Positions 1 through 10,546 of a DNA stretch of 64,000 nt are shown here, piece after piece. The notes under the pieces are model-generated. The model was not told the DNA's origin and made no database searches. It was given only the letters and a program-made list of their open reading frames with translations. How positions within the stretch are numbered: position 1 is the first letter of the stretch; the number at the start of each line of letters is the position of its first letter. The translations under genes were made by a program, and so were the position numbers. Origin of the DNA: an uncultured Verrucomicrobiae bacterium (lineage in GTDB: Bacteria; Verrucomicrobiota; Verrucomicrobiia; Limisphaerales; Palsa-1400); assembly GCA_963764165.1 (NCBI GenBank), contig CAVXRD010000004.1, positions 544,001 through 608,000 on the forward strand, given 5' to 3'.

Positions 1-1183
1 CTGGCGTGCCTCCAGCGACGCTTGGAAGGAAAAGAACCGTCGTGATTGGAATGAAGGTTGTTGGAGCCGAAACAGTGGAATAGGAAACAGTGTAATACTG
101 CCCGTCGCGCCCGTTGTCCTCCCAGCCGCTGTAGGTCACGATATTTGTCAGATCCGAACCGAATCCGCCATTCTGCGAGCTCGGAAGCTGGAACGTCAGT
201 GACGTGCAGCCGTTGCCGCCGCACGTGACGTAATTCGTGCTGGTGGTGTTCCCGTTTCCAGCCGAGTTTTCAACCAGGAGCATCGAAAGCGCGTTTGTGG
301 CGCCGTCTGTCAAGCTGTCCGGTGACCGGCCGGTTGTCTCCTCACTGTAATTGCCGGTGGCGACGATGCCCCCCGATTCAATCGTTTCTCCGGCGATCAA
401 ATTCGGAGTCTCGATGGTCCACGTAGGATTAAACGGCGTTGATGAGCTTGAGCCGAAACTCGCCAGCTGGGTGGATTCCGACACGTAAAAAGGCGGGGGC
501 ACGGCCGCCGCGGACGGATTGCCTTGGATCGTAATTTCCGTATAGCCCGAGCCGCTGTTTTCATCGGACGAAGTCGGAATGGGAAAATAGAACTCAACGG
601 CCGCCACGTTGGCCGCAATTGTTCCGCCAGCCGAGTCGGTCACCGCCACTTGCAGGGCAATTGGGCTGCCTGGCTGGTTGCCGCTGAAACCGGCTGTATA
701 AGAGACGTTGGTCAGGAAAATGAAACTCGATGGGTTTTCGACCGTGGAATAAAACACGGTGTAATCCTGCGCTGAACGTCCGCCGTTGGCCCAACCGCTG
801 TAAACGCTGATGTTGGTCAGGTCATATCCGTGGCTGGCCGCGGGCAGAGTGTAAATCAGCTCCGTGCCGGCCGCGCTGCCGCCGGCAACTTCCTGCGGGA
901 ATGAATTAGCCCCGGAAGTTTGCTGCGGAAGGACGCCGTCCGTCAAAATGGAAAGATTGCCGCCCGCGTTTTCAGCCGAAAAGTTGCCCGCCGAAGTGGA
1001 TGGCAGCATCCCAGCGATCAAGCTGTTGGGGGCCACTGCCCACGTGGGTGTGAATGTTCCGCCGGGATTTTGATACGCTCCCGTGACTTGCAGAAAGGCC
1101 TGGGAAGAATTGACAAATCCCAGCAAGGCGGTGCAGGCAAGGCCCGCTGCGATTTTCCATTTTTGAGGGTACGAGGTGTTCAT
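1..1183 (-). CDS. Secreted Ser/Thr/Gly-rich protein with a tandem ~200-aa repeat domain (runs off the left edge; not in the ORF track)
   Basis: Manual translation from ATG at 1183 is open to position 1. MNTSYPQKWKIAAGLACTALLGFVNSSQA resembles a signal peptide. The block PTW..LIAG..LTDG..DLTNI..YSGW..GR..Q.YTV.YSTV occurs twice. Confidence 0.8.
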   Translation of the reverse strand, partial: MNTSYPQKWKIAAGLACTALLGFVNSSQAFLQVTGAYQNPGGTFTPTWAVAPNSLIAGMLPSTSAGNFSAENAGGNLSILTDGVLPQQTSGANSFPQEVAGGSAAGTELIYTLPAASHGYDLTNISVYSGWANGGRSAQDYTVFYSTVENPSSFIFLTNVSYTAGFSGNQPGSPIALQVAVTDSAGGTIAANVAAVEFYFPIPTSSDENSGSGYTEITIQGNPSAAAVPPPFYVSESTQLASFGSSSSTPFNPTWTIETPNLIAGETIESGGIVATGNYSEETTGRSPDSLTDGATNALSMLLVENSAGNGNTTSTNYVTCGGNGCTSLTFQLPSSQNGGFGSDLTNIVTYSGWEDNGRDGQYYTVSYSTVSAPTTFIPITTVLFLPSVAGGTP

Positions 1184-1415
1184 AGTCTAATCTGGTCTAA
1201 TTCTGATCTGCGATATTTTGTGTTTTGCTCGATCATGTACTGACCAAGGCATGGCGCGACTGGGAGTGCCGTGTGTTCGCTTTGCGCATGGTGCATGTGA
1301 TTTTCGACGGCAATACTAGAGAACATGCTGTCCATTTCATATCCCCTAAGTGGGTGATGGTACTATCACCTAAACTGGTGGGTTGGCGGGGCGACTCCGC
1401 CCTGGGTGGCTTGGC

Positions 1416-1622
1416 TTAATTCCCGCTCACATCAAGGCCGACAACTTCGCCGCCCTCGCACTGAATCGAAACCTCCATTGGCCGGCAGCAAACCTCGCAA
1501 TCAATCGTGAATCGCTGGTCGGCCTGCGTGGTGTCTACCGCGAGCGAAAACGTCTGTCCGCAAAATGGACATTGAATATCCTCTTCCTCTTGCACAATGC
1601 GAATCCTTTTCTTCCAATGCAC
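1416..1622 (-). CDS. CPXCG-motif cysteine-rich small protein
   Basis: CPFCG...IDCEVCCRPM motifs; the true start may be GTG at 1595. Confidence 0.8.
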   Translation of the reverse strand: MHWKKRIRIVQEEEDIQCPFCGQTFSLAVDTTQADQRFTIDCEVCCRPMEVSIQCEGGEVVGLDVSGN

Positions 1623-1725
1623 TGCAATGAGACACGTTGCACCCGCCTTGTGTCCGTGTCAAATTGATGGCATAATAGGTGCTAACTCCGGTGGTTGGAG
1701 AGACATAATCGTTAGTTGAGCACTA

Positions 1726-2766
1726 ATGACCCGTACAGCATGGAAGCAGATGCAAAGTATTCGTGTTCTTTTGATCGAAGATTCGGAATTTGACGCCGTA
1801 TTGTTGCTGAGGCACTTGCAGACCCATGGATATCAGACGCAATCCATGCGCATTGCCAGCAAACCTGAAATGGAAGAGGCCATTGAACGGGAGTGGGATC
1901 TCGTTCTTTGCGACTATCAAATGCCGCACTTCGACGTGTTGACAGCATTGTCGATGTTGAAGCAAGCCAGGCTGGATTTGCCTTTCATCATCGTGTCCGG
2001 CGCCATTGGCGAGGAGCTGGCGGTCGACCTGATGCGATCCGGCGCGCACGATTTCATCGTCAAAGGCCGCCTGAGCCGTCTGATTCCGGCCATCGAACGC
2101 GAGCGGCGGGAAGCCAAAGCCCGCCGCGAACGCGCGGCCGCGCTCGAAAAGCTTGCCTATCTGGCCGCGATTGTGGATTCCACCGAGGAAGCCATCGTGG
2201 GGCAGAATATGGACGGCCTGATCACCACCTGGAACTCAGGCGCAACCCGGCTTTACGGTTACACTGCGGAAGAGGCGGCTGGAAAACCCGCGCTTATGAT
2301 TGTTCCCCCGGAGCTTCACAAGCCGGTTTCCGAGGTCGTGCAAAAGCTGCGCCGCTCCGAAAGCGCCGGGCCTGTGGAATCCATTCGCAGGCGGAAAAAC
2401 GGGGAAACGGTTTCTGTCTGCGTCACCATGTCACCCATTAAAGATTCAGCGGGGCACGTCATCGGGGCGTCCTCGATTGCTTACGACATCACGGAGCGCA
2501 AGAAAGCGGAAACGGAGAAGATCGAGCTGATTGCGCATTTGAACGACACGCTCTCAAAGGTCAAGACGCTCAGTGGGTTGCTTCCCATTTGCGCGCAATG
2601 CAAAAAAATCCGCGACGACCGAGGGTATTGGCAGCGGTTGGAACATTATGTCCGCGAGCACTCGGGCGCGGAATTCTCGCATTCCATCTGCCCGGATTGC
2701 ATGGTGCTGCTTTATCCTGAATTCGCGCCGCGAGTTGGGGCGCCAGAAAATTCCCAGCGGGCGTAA
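1726..2766 (+). CDS. Response regulator: receiver + PAS + C-terminal Cys/His-rich domain
   Basis: VLLIEDS...DLVLCDYQMP receiver; PAS (ITTWNSGATRLYGY); ends LLPICAQCKKIRDD...FSHSICPDC. Confidence 0.9.
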   Translation: MTRTAWKQMQSIRVLLIEDSEFDAVLLLRHLQTHGYQTQSMRIASKPEMEEAIEREWDLVLCDYQMPHFDVLTALSMLKQARLDLPFIIVSGAIGEELAVDLMRSGAHDFIVKGRLSRLIPAIERERREAKARRERAAALEKLAYLAAIVDSTEEAIVGQNMDGLITTWNSGATRLYGYTAEEAAGKPALMIVPPELHKPVSEVVQKLRRSESAGPVESIRRRKNGETVSVCVTMSPIKDSAGHVIGASSIAYDITERKKAETEKIELIAHLNDTLSKVKTLSGLLPICAQCKKIRDDRGYWQRLEHYVREHSGAEFSHSICPDCMVLLYPEFAPRVGAPENSQRA

Positions 2767-2793
2767 TTGGTAACGCCGCGCAAGCCGGCCTTG

Positions 2794-2899
2794 AAAGGTG
2801 GGGACGCCTCGCCGAGGCGTCCGGGTTGAGGCATTACTAGGCGCAAGCCGCGGCATTTTTCACACGCAACCGGACGCCTCGGCGAGGCGTCCTACCTTT
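2794..2899. repeat. REPIN (inverted pair of family-1 REPs)
   Basis: ggtggggacgcctcgccgaggcgtccgg ... ccggacgcctcggcgaggcgtcctacc, between convergent genes; matches the REPs flanking the RAYT. Confidence 0.9.
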
Positions 2900-3994
2900 T
2901 TACAGAGCTGAATGCGCTGTGGTGACCGGACCCTGATCCGCAACGCGGCTGGAGGGCGCGCTGTTCTTCGCGGCGGCGGCCGCCGCAGCTTGCGGGCCGA
3001 CCGGTTCCATCGTCACCATGTTCGCCACCACCTGCACCAATCCGCCTTGTGAATTGTTTGAGAATTGGCCGCCCGTAATGGTGTTATGATCGCAACCGCG
3101 ATCATTGACGAGAAAGGCTTTGCCTCCGCTGTTGCTGATGTTGAGGGTGTTAAAACTGTTTCCCGTGCACAGGCTATTGGGGAGCACCTGCAAGCCCTTC
3201 GGAGTTTGCACATCTGTTCCGGCCATGAAAATGCCGTGATGGCGGCTCTTCTTGATCGTCACATCTTCAAAAACATTGTCACGCGACTGGCGCATGAAAA
3301 TCCCCAGATCATCGGCGGTGAGCACCGCGTCTTTGATGACATTGTGGGCAAAATCCAAATCCAACGAAATGGCGGCCGCAAGATTATCGTGGAGATTCAA
3401 ATGGCTGAAGTGGCTGTCTTCCGTATCGTAACAGGCCAGTCCGTCGAACTGGCTGTCGTAAGCCGTGAAATTCCTAACGGTCAAACGGCGTGTTCCCGCC
3501 GATGTCACCATTCCTCCAGACCGGCAATGCGCGCATTCCACGTTCTCCACCGTCGCGTCCGTCGGGCCCCAAACATCGACCCCGTTATTATAAACCCCCG
3601 CGCCATCGGGCAATATCCGCCATACTTCCTTCGGCTGCCGTGTGCGGTTGCCGTCAATCATAAGATCAGCCAGACGGATGTTTTTAACCGGTTGGGCGTG
3701 GGGCGCCCGCAAGGAGCCAAGAATAACAACCGGGCAATTCGCATTATCGGCCAGCGAAAGTATCGTCGATGAGCCGCATCCGCGAAGCGTCTGGCCGTCT
3801 TGTTGCATAATGATTGGCTTGCTAACGACATATTTGCCGGGGCTCAAAACGATCTCACCTCCGGCAGGAAGTTTATCAAGGGCCGCCTGGATGCCATCAC
3901 CACCGGCGCTTGGGGGAACCGACACGGGCGCTGCGAAACTGGCGATTGAAAAGGAGAGGAAGGCGAGTATGGCGACCGGTGTTTTTTTCAGCAT
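2900..3994 (-). CDS. Secreted right-handed parallel beta-helix (pectin-lyase fold) protein
   Basis: Signal peptide; IQAALDKLPAGGEIVLSPGKY start motif; IDGN and repeated GI/N-ladder strands. Confidence 0.8.
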   Translation of the reverse strand: MLKKTPVAILAFLSFSIASFAAPVSVPPSAGGDGIQAALDKLPAGGEIVLSPGKYVVSKPIIMQQDGQTLRGCGSSTILSLADNANCPVVILGSLRAPHAQPVKNIRLADLMIDGNRTRQPKEVWRILPDGAGVYNNGVDVWGPTDATVENVECAHCRSGGMVTSAGTRRLTVRNFTAYDSQFDGLACYDTEDSHFSHLNLHDNLAAAISLDLDFAHNVIKDAVLTADDLGIFMRQSRDNVFEDVTIKKSRHHGIFMAGTDVQTPKGLQVLPNSLCTGNSFNTLNISNSGGKAFLVNDRGCDHNTITGGQFSNNSQGGLVQVVANMVTMEPVGPQAAAAAAAKNSAPSSRVADQGPVTTAHSAL

Positions 3995-4213
3995 AATTTC
4001 GTTTATGGCTTCAAAGAATAATGGCAGTTACGAGCGCGGCTCATCGTATTGCCTGATTTGACGTTAGGGCTTTTGCCCATATTCAAGGCAGGGTGAAAAT
4101 TTTTCAAGAATTTTCGCAGTACGATCTTTTGCGCGTATTTCGCCAAGGTGAGAAATGGGAATGGCGCAATGACGGCCTTGCATTTAGAGTCTAGTTCCGG
4201 CACGCTTATTGTC

Positions 4214-4399
4214 ATGAGCGACAAAGAGCTTGCGTTGGAATCGATCCAAGGGCTGCCCGCGAATGCGAGGCTTGAAACCATCGCGGAGCGCTTGGAGTTT
4301 CTGGCCGCGATCGGCAAAGGACTTGACCAAATCGAGCGCGGCGAAACCCTGCCGCATGAAGAAGTCAAAAGGCAATTGGCGACGTGGCTTTCAAAATAA
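4214..4399 (+). CDS. Putative type II antitoxin (addiction module component)
   Basis: MSDKELALESIQGLP...KGLDQIERGETLPHEEVKRQL; overlaps the start of a ParE-like remnant. Confidence 0.75.
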   Translation: MSDKELALESIQGLPANARLETIAERLEFLAAIGKGLDQIERGETLPHEEVKRQLATWLSK

Positions 4400-4518
4400 T
4401 CTGGTCTCTTCGTGCTCGCGACGATTTGCGCGATATCTTGGCGTTCGTCGCGGTAAATAATCCTTCAGTGGCAGAATCACTCGGGATTCGCCTCATTCCA
4501 AGACGTTTAGAATTCTGA
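4384..4518 (+). pseudogene. Truncated RelE/ParE-family toxin
   Basis: GTG start gives MAFKIIWSLRARDDLRDILAFVAVNNPSVAESLGIRLI, a typical ParE N-terminus, but it stops after 44 aa. Confidence 0.7.
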
Positions 4519-4658
4519 CCAAGCATGGGCATCAAAGAAGCTCAATTGGCGAACGATTCTGAAGACGAGGGTCTGAGCATCAGGGCCGCCGTTCTCCATC
4601 CAATGGTCTGTGACAACAGTTCTTGCTTCTGATTTTATCGCGGCGAACAATCGGACTC

Positions 4659-6128
4659 ATGAATCGTGCAATCCGTTTCTTGAGTGGCAGTCTTGGCGTT
4701 TATTTTTGCGTGGCGGGCGCCGCTCTGGCCGAAGTGCTGCCCCCCGCCCCTTATGGGCCGGTTCCCAGCCAGCGCCAATTGGAATGGGAGCAGCGGGAAT
4801 TTGTCGGGTTCGCGCATTTTACCGTGGATACGTTTACGGGCAAGGAATGGGGTTACGGCGACGAGACGGAAAATACGTTCAACCCTAGTGCTTTCGACGC
4901 CGCCCAGATTGTCCGCGTGGCTCGCGAGGCGGGCATGAAGGAATTGATTCTCACCTGCAAACATCACGATGGCTTCTGCCTCTGGCCCTCGAAATACACC
5001 GAGCATTCGGTCAAGAATAGCGCCTGGATGGGCGGTCACGGCGACGTCGTCAAAGCGATTTCGGAAGAGTGCCGGAAACAGGGTTTGAAATTCGGAGTGT
5101 ATCTTTCGCCGTGGGATCGAAATTCTTCCATTTACGCGACACCGGCCTACATCACGTATTACCGCAATCAGCTTACCGAGTTGTTGACACAATACGGCCC
5201 GATTGCCGAAGTGTGGTTCGACGGCGCAAATGGCGGCGACGGCTATTACGGCGGCACGCGCGAAAAGCGGAGCATCGACAATAAGACGTATTACGACTGG
5301 CCCAACACGATTGAATTGGTGCGACGGTTGCAGCCGATGGCGTGCATGTTCAGCGACGCGGGGCCGGATATTCGCTGGGTCGGCAACGAAAGCGGCGTCG
5401 CAGGCGAAACGTGCTGGGAAACCTTGAATCGCGCCGAGTTCTCACCCGGAAATGCGGATTCCGACCGCCTCAACAAAGGCGACCGCCCCGGCACCGACTG
5501 GCTCCCCGCCGAATGCGACGTCTCGATTCGCCCCGGGTGGTTTTATCATCCGGCCGAGGATGCCCAGGTCAAAACACCGCGCCAATTGCTCGATCTTTAT
5601 TTCAAATCCGTGGGCCGTGGCGCGACGCTTTTGTTAAACATTCCGCCTGACCAGACCGGCCAGATTCACGCGCAGGACATCGCCTCGCTGCGCGAGTTCG
5701 CCCGTTTGCGCGACGCCATTTTTGCGCATGATCTTGCCCGCCCCGCCAAAATCACTGCCTCGAACGTGCGTGGTAATTCGCACAAATTCCGCGCGGAAAA
5801 CCTCACTGCGGGCCGCCGCGACGCCTATTGGTCAACCGACGACGCCGTTACGACACCCGAGATCGTCCTGGAATTTAAGAAGCCCGTGACTTTCAACGTC
5901 GTCCGAGTTCGCGAGCATCTGCCTTTGGGCCAGCGCGTCGAAGAATTTGCGCTTGACCAATGGCGCGATGGCCAATGGGTAAAGTTCGCGGAAGCCACCA
6001 GCATCGGAAATTGCCGCCTTCTGCGGTCGGATAACGTGACAACAACAAAGATACGTTTGCGCGTCACCAAAGCCGCCGCATGCCCTGCCCTTTCTGAGAT
6101 CGCATTGTTCGCGGAAACGAAGAATTAG
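4659..6128 (+). CDS. Alpha-L-fucosidase (GH29) with C-terminal F5/8-type domain
   Basis: LTCKHHDGFCLWPS, GVYLSPWDRN, EVWFDGA and ECDVSIRPGWFYH motifs; signal peptide. Confidence 0.95.
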   Translation: MNRAIRFLSGSLGVYFCVAGAALAEVLPPAPYGPVPSQRQLEWEQREFVGFAHFTVDTFTGKEWGYGDETENTFNPSAFDAAQIVRVAREAGMKELILTCKHHDGFCLWPSKYTEHSVKNSAWMGGHGDVVKAISEECRKQGLKFGVYLSPWDRNSSIYATPAYITYYRNQLTELLTQYGPIAEVWFDGANGGDGYYGGTREKRSIDNKTYYDWPNTIELVRRLQPMACMFSDAGPDIRWVGNESGVAGETCWETLNRAEFSPGNADSDRLNKGDRPGTDWLPAECDVSIRPGWFYHPAEDAQVKTPRQLLDLYFKSVGRGATLLLNIPPDQTGQIHAQDIASLREFARLRDAIFAHDLARPAKITASNVRGNSHKFRAENLTAGRRDAYWSTDDAVTTPEIVLEFKKPVTFNVVRVREHLPLGQRVEEFALDQWRDGQWVKFAEATSIGNCRLLRSDNVTTTKIRLRVTKAAACPALSEIALFAETKN

Positions 6129-6337
6129 CACGCCACTGTTAAAAGCTCGTCTCTAACGAAGTGCAGCCGAATCTGCTTCAGCTGTGCTTGATCAAAGTAA
6201 AATGCGCGCACCGCTTCCTTCACATTGAGACGCAGCGCATCCCAAGAATCGGCTTGTGTGAAAATGTTTTCCGTCATGCACTCAGCGCAAAAACCGCCGT
6301 CTTCTTCTTCCGTCACTTCAAATACAAGTTCGTTCAT
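6125..6337 (-). CDS. HicB-like antitoxin-family small protein (orphan)
   Basis: LVFEVTEEEDGGFCAE...IFTQADSWDALRLNVKEAV resembles the HicB N-terminal fold. Confidence 0.7.
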   Translation of the reverse strand: MNELVFEVTEEEDGGFCAECMTENIFTQADSWDALRLNVKEAVRAFYFDQAQLKQIRLHFVRDELLTVAC

Positions 6338-6349
6338 CGATTCAACGTA

Positions 6350-9300
6350 TCACACCGGGTCGTAGTTTAAATACGGCCCCAGCCATCGTTCGGCAACGCT
6401 GAGTTCAATTCCTTTGCGTTTTGCGTAGTCCTGAACTTGGTCGCGATCCAGTTTTCCGACCGCAAAATATTTCGAGTGCGGGCTGGCGAAATAAAGTCCG
6501 CTGACGCTGCTGCCGGGCCACATGGCAAAGCTTTCGGTCAGCTTGATGCCAACTTCCTTTTCAACATTCAAGAGCTTCCACAAGGTCTGCTTTTCCGTGT
6601 GGTCCGGGCAGGCCGGATAACCAGCCGCCGGCCGGATGCCGCGGTATTGCTCTTCGATCAATTGCTCAGTCGTCAGGCCTTCTGATTTTCCGAAACCCCA
6701 TTCATCCCGGGCGCGCTTATGCAAATATTCCGCGAACGCCTCGGCAAGGCGGTCGGCGAGCGCTTCTGTCATGATCGCGTTGTAATCGTCGTTTTGAGCC
6801 TTGAATTCCTTCACCAATTTGTCAGAGCCCAAACCGGCGGTCACCGCGAAGGCGCCAATGTAATCCCCCGCAGGCGCGATGAAATCGGCCAGGCACCAAT
6901 TGGGCTGGGAATCTGCTTTTTCCGATTGTTGACGCAGGAAATGGAATTTCGTGAGAACTTTGGAACTGCCGGGAGCATCAAGAAGTTCCACATCGTCCCC
7001 CACCGAGCGGGCTGGGAAAAAGCCGTAAACACCGCGCGCCTCGATCAATTTTTCGTCGACGATTTTCTTAAGCAGCTTCTGCCCGTCCGCGAAAAGTTCG
7101 ACTGCCTGCGTACCATGTTTTTCGTGCTTCAAAATTGAAGGGTAACGCCCGCGCAATTCCCATGTGTGGAAAAATGGTGACCAGTCAATAAAAGGAACCA
7201 ATTCCTCCAGCGGCACCGAAACGACTTGCGTGCCGGTGAACTCGGGAACAGTGATGTCCGCGGGGTCGGCGGCGTCCTTTGCGGCGCGGCGGCGGGCCTC
7301 CTCGATGGGAAGCAATTGGACGCGCTGGCCGGCATGCTGCAGCCGAACCTTTTCCTGCTCGTCGCGATTTTTCTGGTCGAAGGCCCCTCTAAGTTCCGGG
7401 CTGGCCAAGTGGCCGACGACGCCCACGGCGCGGGAGGCGTCCACCACATGCACGACCGGTTGCGAATAGTGCGGCGCGATTTTGACGGACGTATGCGCCT
7501 TGCTCGTCGTTGCGCCGCCGATCAATAACGGCAGCGTAAAGCCTTCGCGCTGCAATTCGCGCGCCACGTGCGCCATCTCATCAAGCGACGGCGTGATCAA
7601 GCCACTCAGGCCGATCATGTCCACCTTCAGCTCGCGGGCCGTCTGCAAAATTTTCTCGCACGGCACCATCACGCCGAGATCGATGATTTCGTAGTTGTTG
7701 CAGGCCAGCACGACGCCCACAATATTTTTGCCAATGTCATGGACATCACCCTTCACGGTGGCCATGAGGATTTTTCCCTGCACGCGCGATTCGCCGCCGG
7801 CCTTCTTTTCCGCTTCCATGATGGGCAGCAGCCATGCCACCGCCTTTTTCATCACGCGCGCGCTCTTGACCACCTGCGGCAAAAACATTTTGCCCGAGCC
7901 AAACAAATCGCCGACGACGCTCATTCCCGCCATCAACGGGCCCTCGATCACCGACAGCGGGCGTTTGATTTTCTTCAGCGCTTCCTCGGTGTCCTGCTCG
8001 ACGTAATCCGCGATGCCCTTGACCAGCGCGTGCTCCAGGCGCTCCTCGACGGTTCGCTTGCGCCACTCGTCCTCGACGACGCCCGCCTTGTCCTTTTGCT
8101 TGACGGTTTCGGCGAATTTCACCAACCGTTCGGTGGCGTCCGGCCTGCGATTCAGCAGAACGTCTTCCACCAGTTCCAGCAAATCCTTGGGAATCTCCTC
8201 GTAAATCCCGAGCATTCCCGCGTTCACGATTCCCATGTCCAATCCCGCCTTGATCGCGTGATACAGAAAGGCGGAATGCATCGCTTCGCGGACGAGGTTG
8301 TTGCCGCGGAACGAAAACGAAATATTGCTGATGCCGCCGCTGACTTTCGCCCGCGGCAAATTTTGTTTGATCCAGCGTGTCGATTCGATGAAATCGACGG
8401 CGTAATTGTTGTGCTCCTCCATTCCCGTGGCGACGGTGAGAATGTTCGGGTCAAAAATAATATCCTCCGGGGGGAAACCCACCTGTTCTGTCAGAATCTT
8501 GTAACAGCGTGAGCAAATTTCCCTGCGGCGCTCCACCGTGTCCGCCTGCCCCTTTTCGTCGAACGCCATCACCACAACAGCCGCGCCGTAACGCCGAACC
8601 AATTTTGCGTGCTCGACAAACTTCTCTTCTCCTTCCTTGAGGCTGATCGAATTGACGACGGCCTTGCCCTGAACACACTTGAGGCCGGCCTCAATGACCG
8701 GCCAGCGCGAGCTGTCAATCATAATGGGAACCTTGGCAATGTCCGGTTCCGAACCGATCAAGTTGAGGAAGTGCGTCATTGCCTTGACGCCATCGAGCAT
8801 CCCCTCGTCCATATTCACATCGATGATTTGCGCGCCGTTCTCCACTTGCTGGCGCGCGACCGTCAGCGCCGCCTCGTACTGGCCGTCGAGGATCAACTTG
8901 GCGAATTTGGGCGAACCGGTGATGTTCGTCCGCTCGCCGACGTTGATGAAATTGCTCTCGGGCCGAATGTTCAATGCCTGCAGCCCGCTCAAGCGCAGCC
9001 ACGGCTCGACTTTCGCCGGGACACGCGGCTTGAAATGCGACGCTGCCTTCGCGATGAGCCGGATATGCGGCGGCGTCGTTCCACAGCAGCCACCGACGAT
9101 GTTCAACCATCCCTCTGAAGCCCACTCAGCCAATTGGGGTGCGAGCGTCTCCGGCGTCTCGGGGAATCCGGTCGGAAGCATCGGGTTCGGCAAGCCAGCG
9201 TTTGGATAAGCGCTGACGTAAATCGGCGCGATTCGCGAAAGCTCGGAAATGAACGGCCTCATTTCCTTGGGGCCGAGCGCACAATTGATGCCAATGCTCA

Positions 9301-10039
9301 ACAACGGAAAATGCGAAACGGAATTCCAATACGCCTCGACCGTCTGCCCGGAGAGCGTGCGTCCGCTCAAATCGGTGATCGTGAACGAGAGCATGACTGG
9401 CACTCGCGGAACTTCGTCAAACAATTTTGCGATGGCGAACAGCGCGGCCTTCGAGTTCAAGGAATCGAACACAGTTTCCACCAACAGAACATCCACCCCA
9501 CCCTCCAGCAAAGCGCTTGCCTGTTCATAGTAAGCGTCCACTAATTGATCGTAGGTCACGCCACGCGCTGCGGGATTATTGACGTCGCCGGAAATGGAAG
9601 CCGTCTTCGTGGTCGGCCCGAGCGCGCCGGCGACAAAACAGGTTCTGCCCGGCTGGGCGGCCATGACGGCGTCCGCCGCGGCTCGAGCATTGCACGCTCC
9701 CGCCACGCTCAATTCGCGAACCAGTGATTCCATTCCGTAATCGGCCATGGAAATCTTGGTGCAGTTGAATGTGTTGGTCTCAATAATATCAGCGCCAGCC
9801 TCGAGATATTGCCGATGGATTTCCTGGATGACCTGCGGACGGGTAAGATTGAGCAGATCGTTATTGCCCTTAACGTCGCGATGCCAATCCTTGAATCGCT
9901 CGCCCCGGTAGGCGGCTTCATCGAGTTTGTAACGCTGGATCATGGTGCCCATCGCGCCGTCCAGCACCACGATCCGCTCGCGGAGCAATTGAAGTAGATT
10001 ATCCGAACGCCTGGTTACGTTTCCGCTCTTCTCGTCCAT
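6350..10039 (-). CDS. metH: Cobalamin-dependent methionine synthase
   Basis: [36 protein letters not shown] (B12-binding) and [12 protein letters not shown]; 1229 aa. Confidence 0.99.
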   Translation of the reverse strand: MDEKSGNVTRRSDNLLQLLRERIVVLDGAMGTMIQRYKLDEAAYRGERFKDWHRDVKGNNDLLNLTRPQVIQEIHRQYLEAGADIIETNTFNCTKISMADYGMESLVRELSVAGACNARAAADAVMAAQPGRTCFVAGALGPTTKTASISGDVNNPAARGVTYDQLVDAYYEQASALLEGGVDVLLVETVFDSLNSKAALFAIAKLFDEVPRVPVMLSFTITDLSGRTLSGQTVEAYWNSVSHFPLLSIGINCALGPKEMRPFISELSRIAPIYVSAYPNAGLPNPMLPTGFPETPETLAPQLAEWASEGWLNIVGGCCGTTPPHIRLIAKAASHFKPRVPAKVEPWLRLSGLQALNIRPESNFINVGERTNITGSPKFAKLILDGQYEAALTVARQQVENGAQIIDVNMDEGMLDGVKAMTHFLNLIGSEPDIAKVPIMIDSSRWPVIEAGLKCVQGKAVVNSISLKEGEEKFVEHAKLVRRYGAAVVVMAFDEKGQADTVERRREICSRCYKILTEQVGFPPEDIIFDPNILTVATGMEEHNNYAVDFIESTRWIKQNLPRAKVSGGISNISFSFRGNNLVREAMHSAFLYHAIKAGLDMGIVNAGMLGIYEEIPKDLLELVEDVLLNRRPDATERLVKFAETVKQKDKAGVVEDEWRKRTVEERLEHALVKGIADYVEQDTEEALKKIKRPLSVIEGPLMAGMSVVGDLFGSGKMFLPQVVKSARVMKKAVAWLLPIMEAEKKAGGESRVQGKILMATVKGDVHDIGKNIVGVVLACNNYEIIDLGVMVPCEKILQTARELKVDMIGLSGLITPSLDEMAHVARELQREGFTLPLLIGGATTSKAHTSVKIAPHYSQPVVHVVDASRAVGVVGHLASPELRGAFDQKNRDEQEKVRLQHAGQRVQLLPIEEARRRAAKDAADPADITVPEFTGTQVVSVPLEELVPFIDWSPFFHTWELRGRYPSILKHEKHGTQAVELFADGQKLLKKIVDEKLIEARGVYGFFPARSVGDDVELLDAPGSSKVLTKFHFLRQQSEKADSQPNWCLADFIAPAGDYIGAFAVTAGLGSDKLVKEFKAQNDDYNAIMTEALADRLAEAFAEYLHKRARDEWGFGKSEGLTTEQLIEEQYRGIRPAAGYPACPDHTEKQTLWKLLNVEKEVGIKLTESFAMWPGSSVSGLYFASPHSKYFAVGKLDRDQVQDYAKRKGIELSVAERWLGPYLNYDPV

Positions 10040-10046
10040 GGGACGG

Positions 10047-10100
10047 ACTATAAACCGCCTTCATGGATACGCAAATAATAAAATCAATATATCTTGATAT
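10047..10100 (-). promoter_or_regulatory. Candidate metH promoter (TTGCGT-N16-TATAGT) with an upstream 20-bp imperfect palindrome
   Basis: The -10 hexamer lies 7 nt before the ATG; palindrome AAATCAATATATCTTGATAT at 10081-10100. Confidence 0.5.
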
Positions 10101-10300
10101 GAAGATATGACTTCTAATTCTGGAACCGCGAGGCTCCGTCGAGCTAATTATCTGTTTGTTTGTGGGCGGGAGAATGGGGACCGCAGCGCTGCAAAATCCA
10201 ATTTGAGTTCGACGGACCGGCCGGGATCGGAATTAGGGAAAAGTGTTCCGAAACGGGACAGAAGTTGCCCATTTCCGTTGCAACAAGCGAAAAACTTTGC

Positions 10301-10498
10301 TTATTCGTTGCGCGTTTTTAACGCAACGGGCCATACCACCAAAAACAGGGCCACGGCAAATAGCACCAAATACAAAGCCGAAACGTACGTATGCCCGCCC
10401 GGTCCGAAGCGCTTGTAAATCAAGGCGATGAGAATCAATAGTCCCGTGTACTGGACTATTTCCGGCGCCCCAATTGGATGTCGCTTCGGCGATGTCAT
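10301..10498 (-). CDS. Small putative membrane protein
   Basis: Two hydrophobic segments; co-directional with and downstream of ruvC. Confidence 0.4.
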   Translation of the reverse strand: MTSPKRHPIGAPEIVQYTGLLILIALIYKRFGPGGHTYVSALYLVLFAVALFLVVWPVALKTRNE

Positions 10499-10546
10499 TC
10501 AGTGAAAGTTTAAGCAAGATAAATGCCAAACAATACCCAAGCAAGT

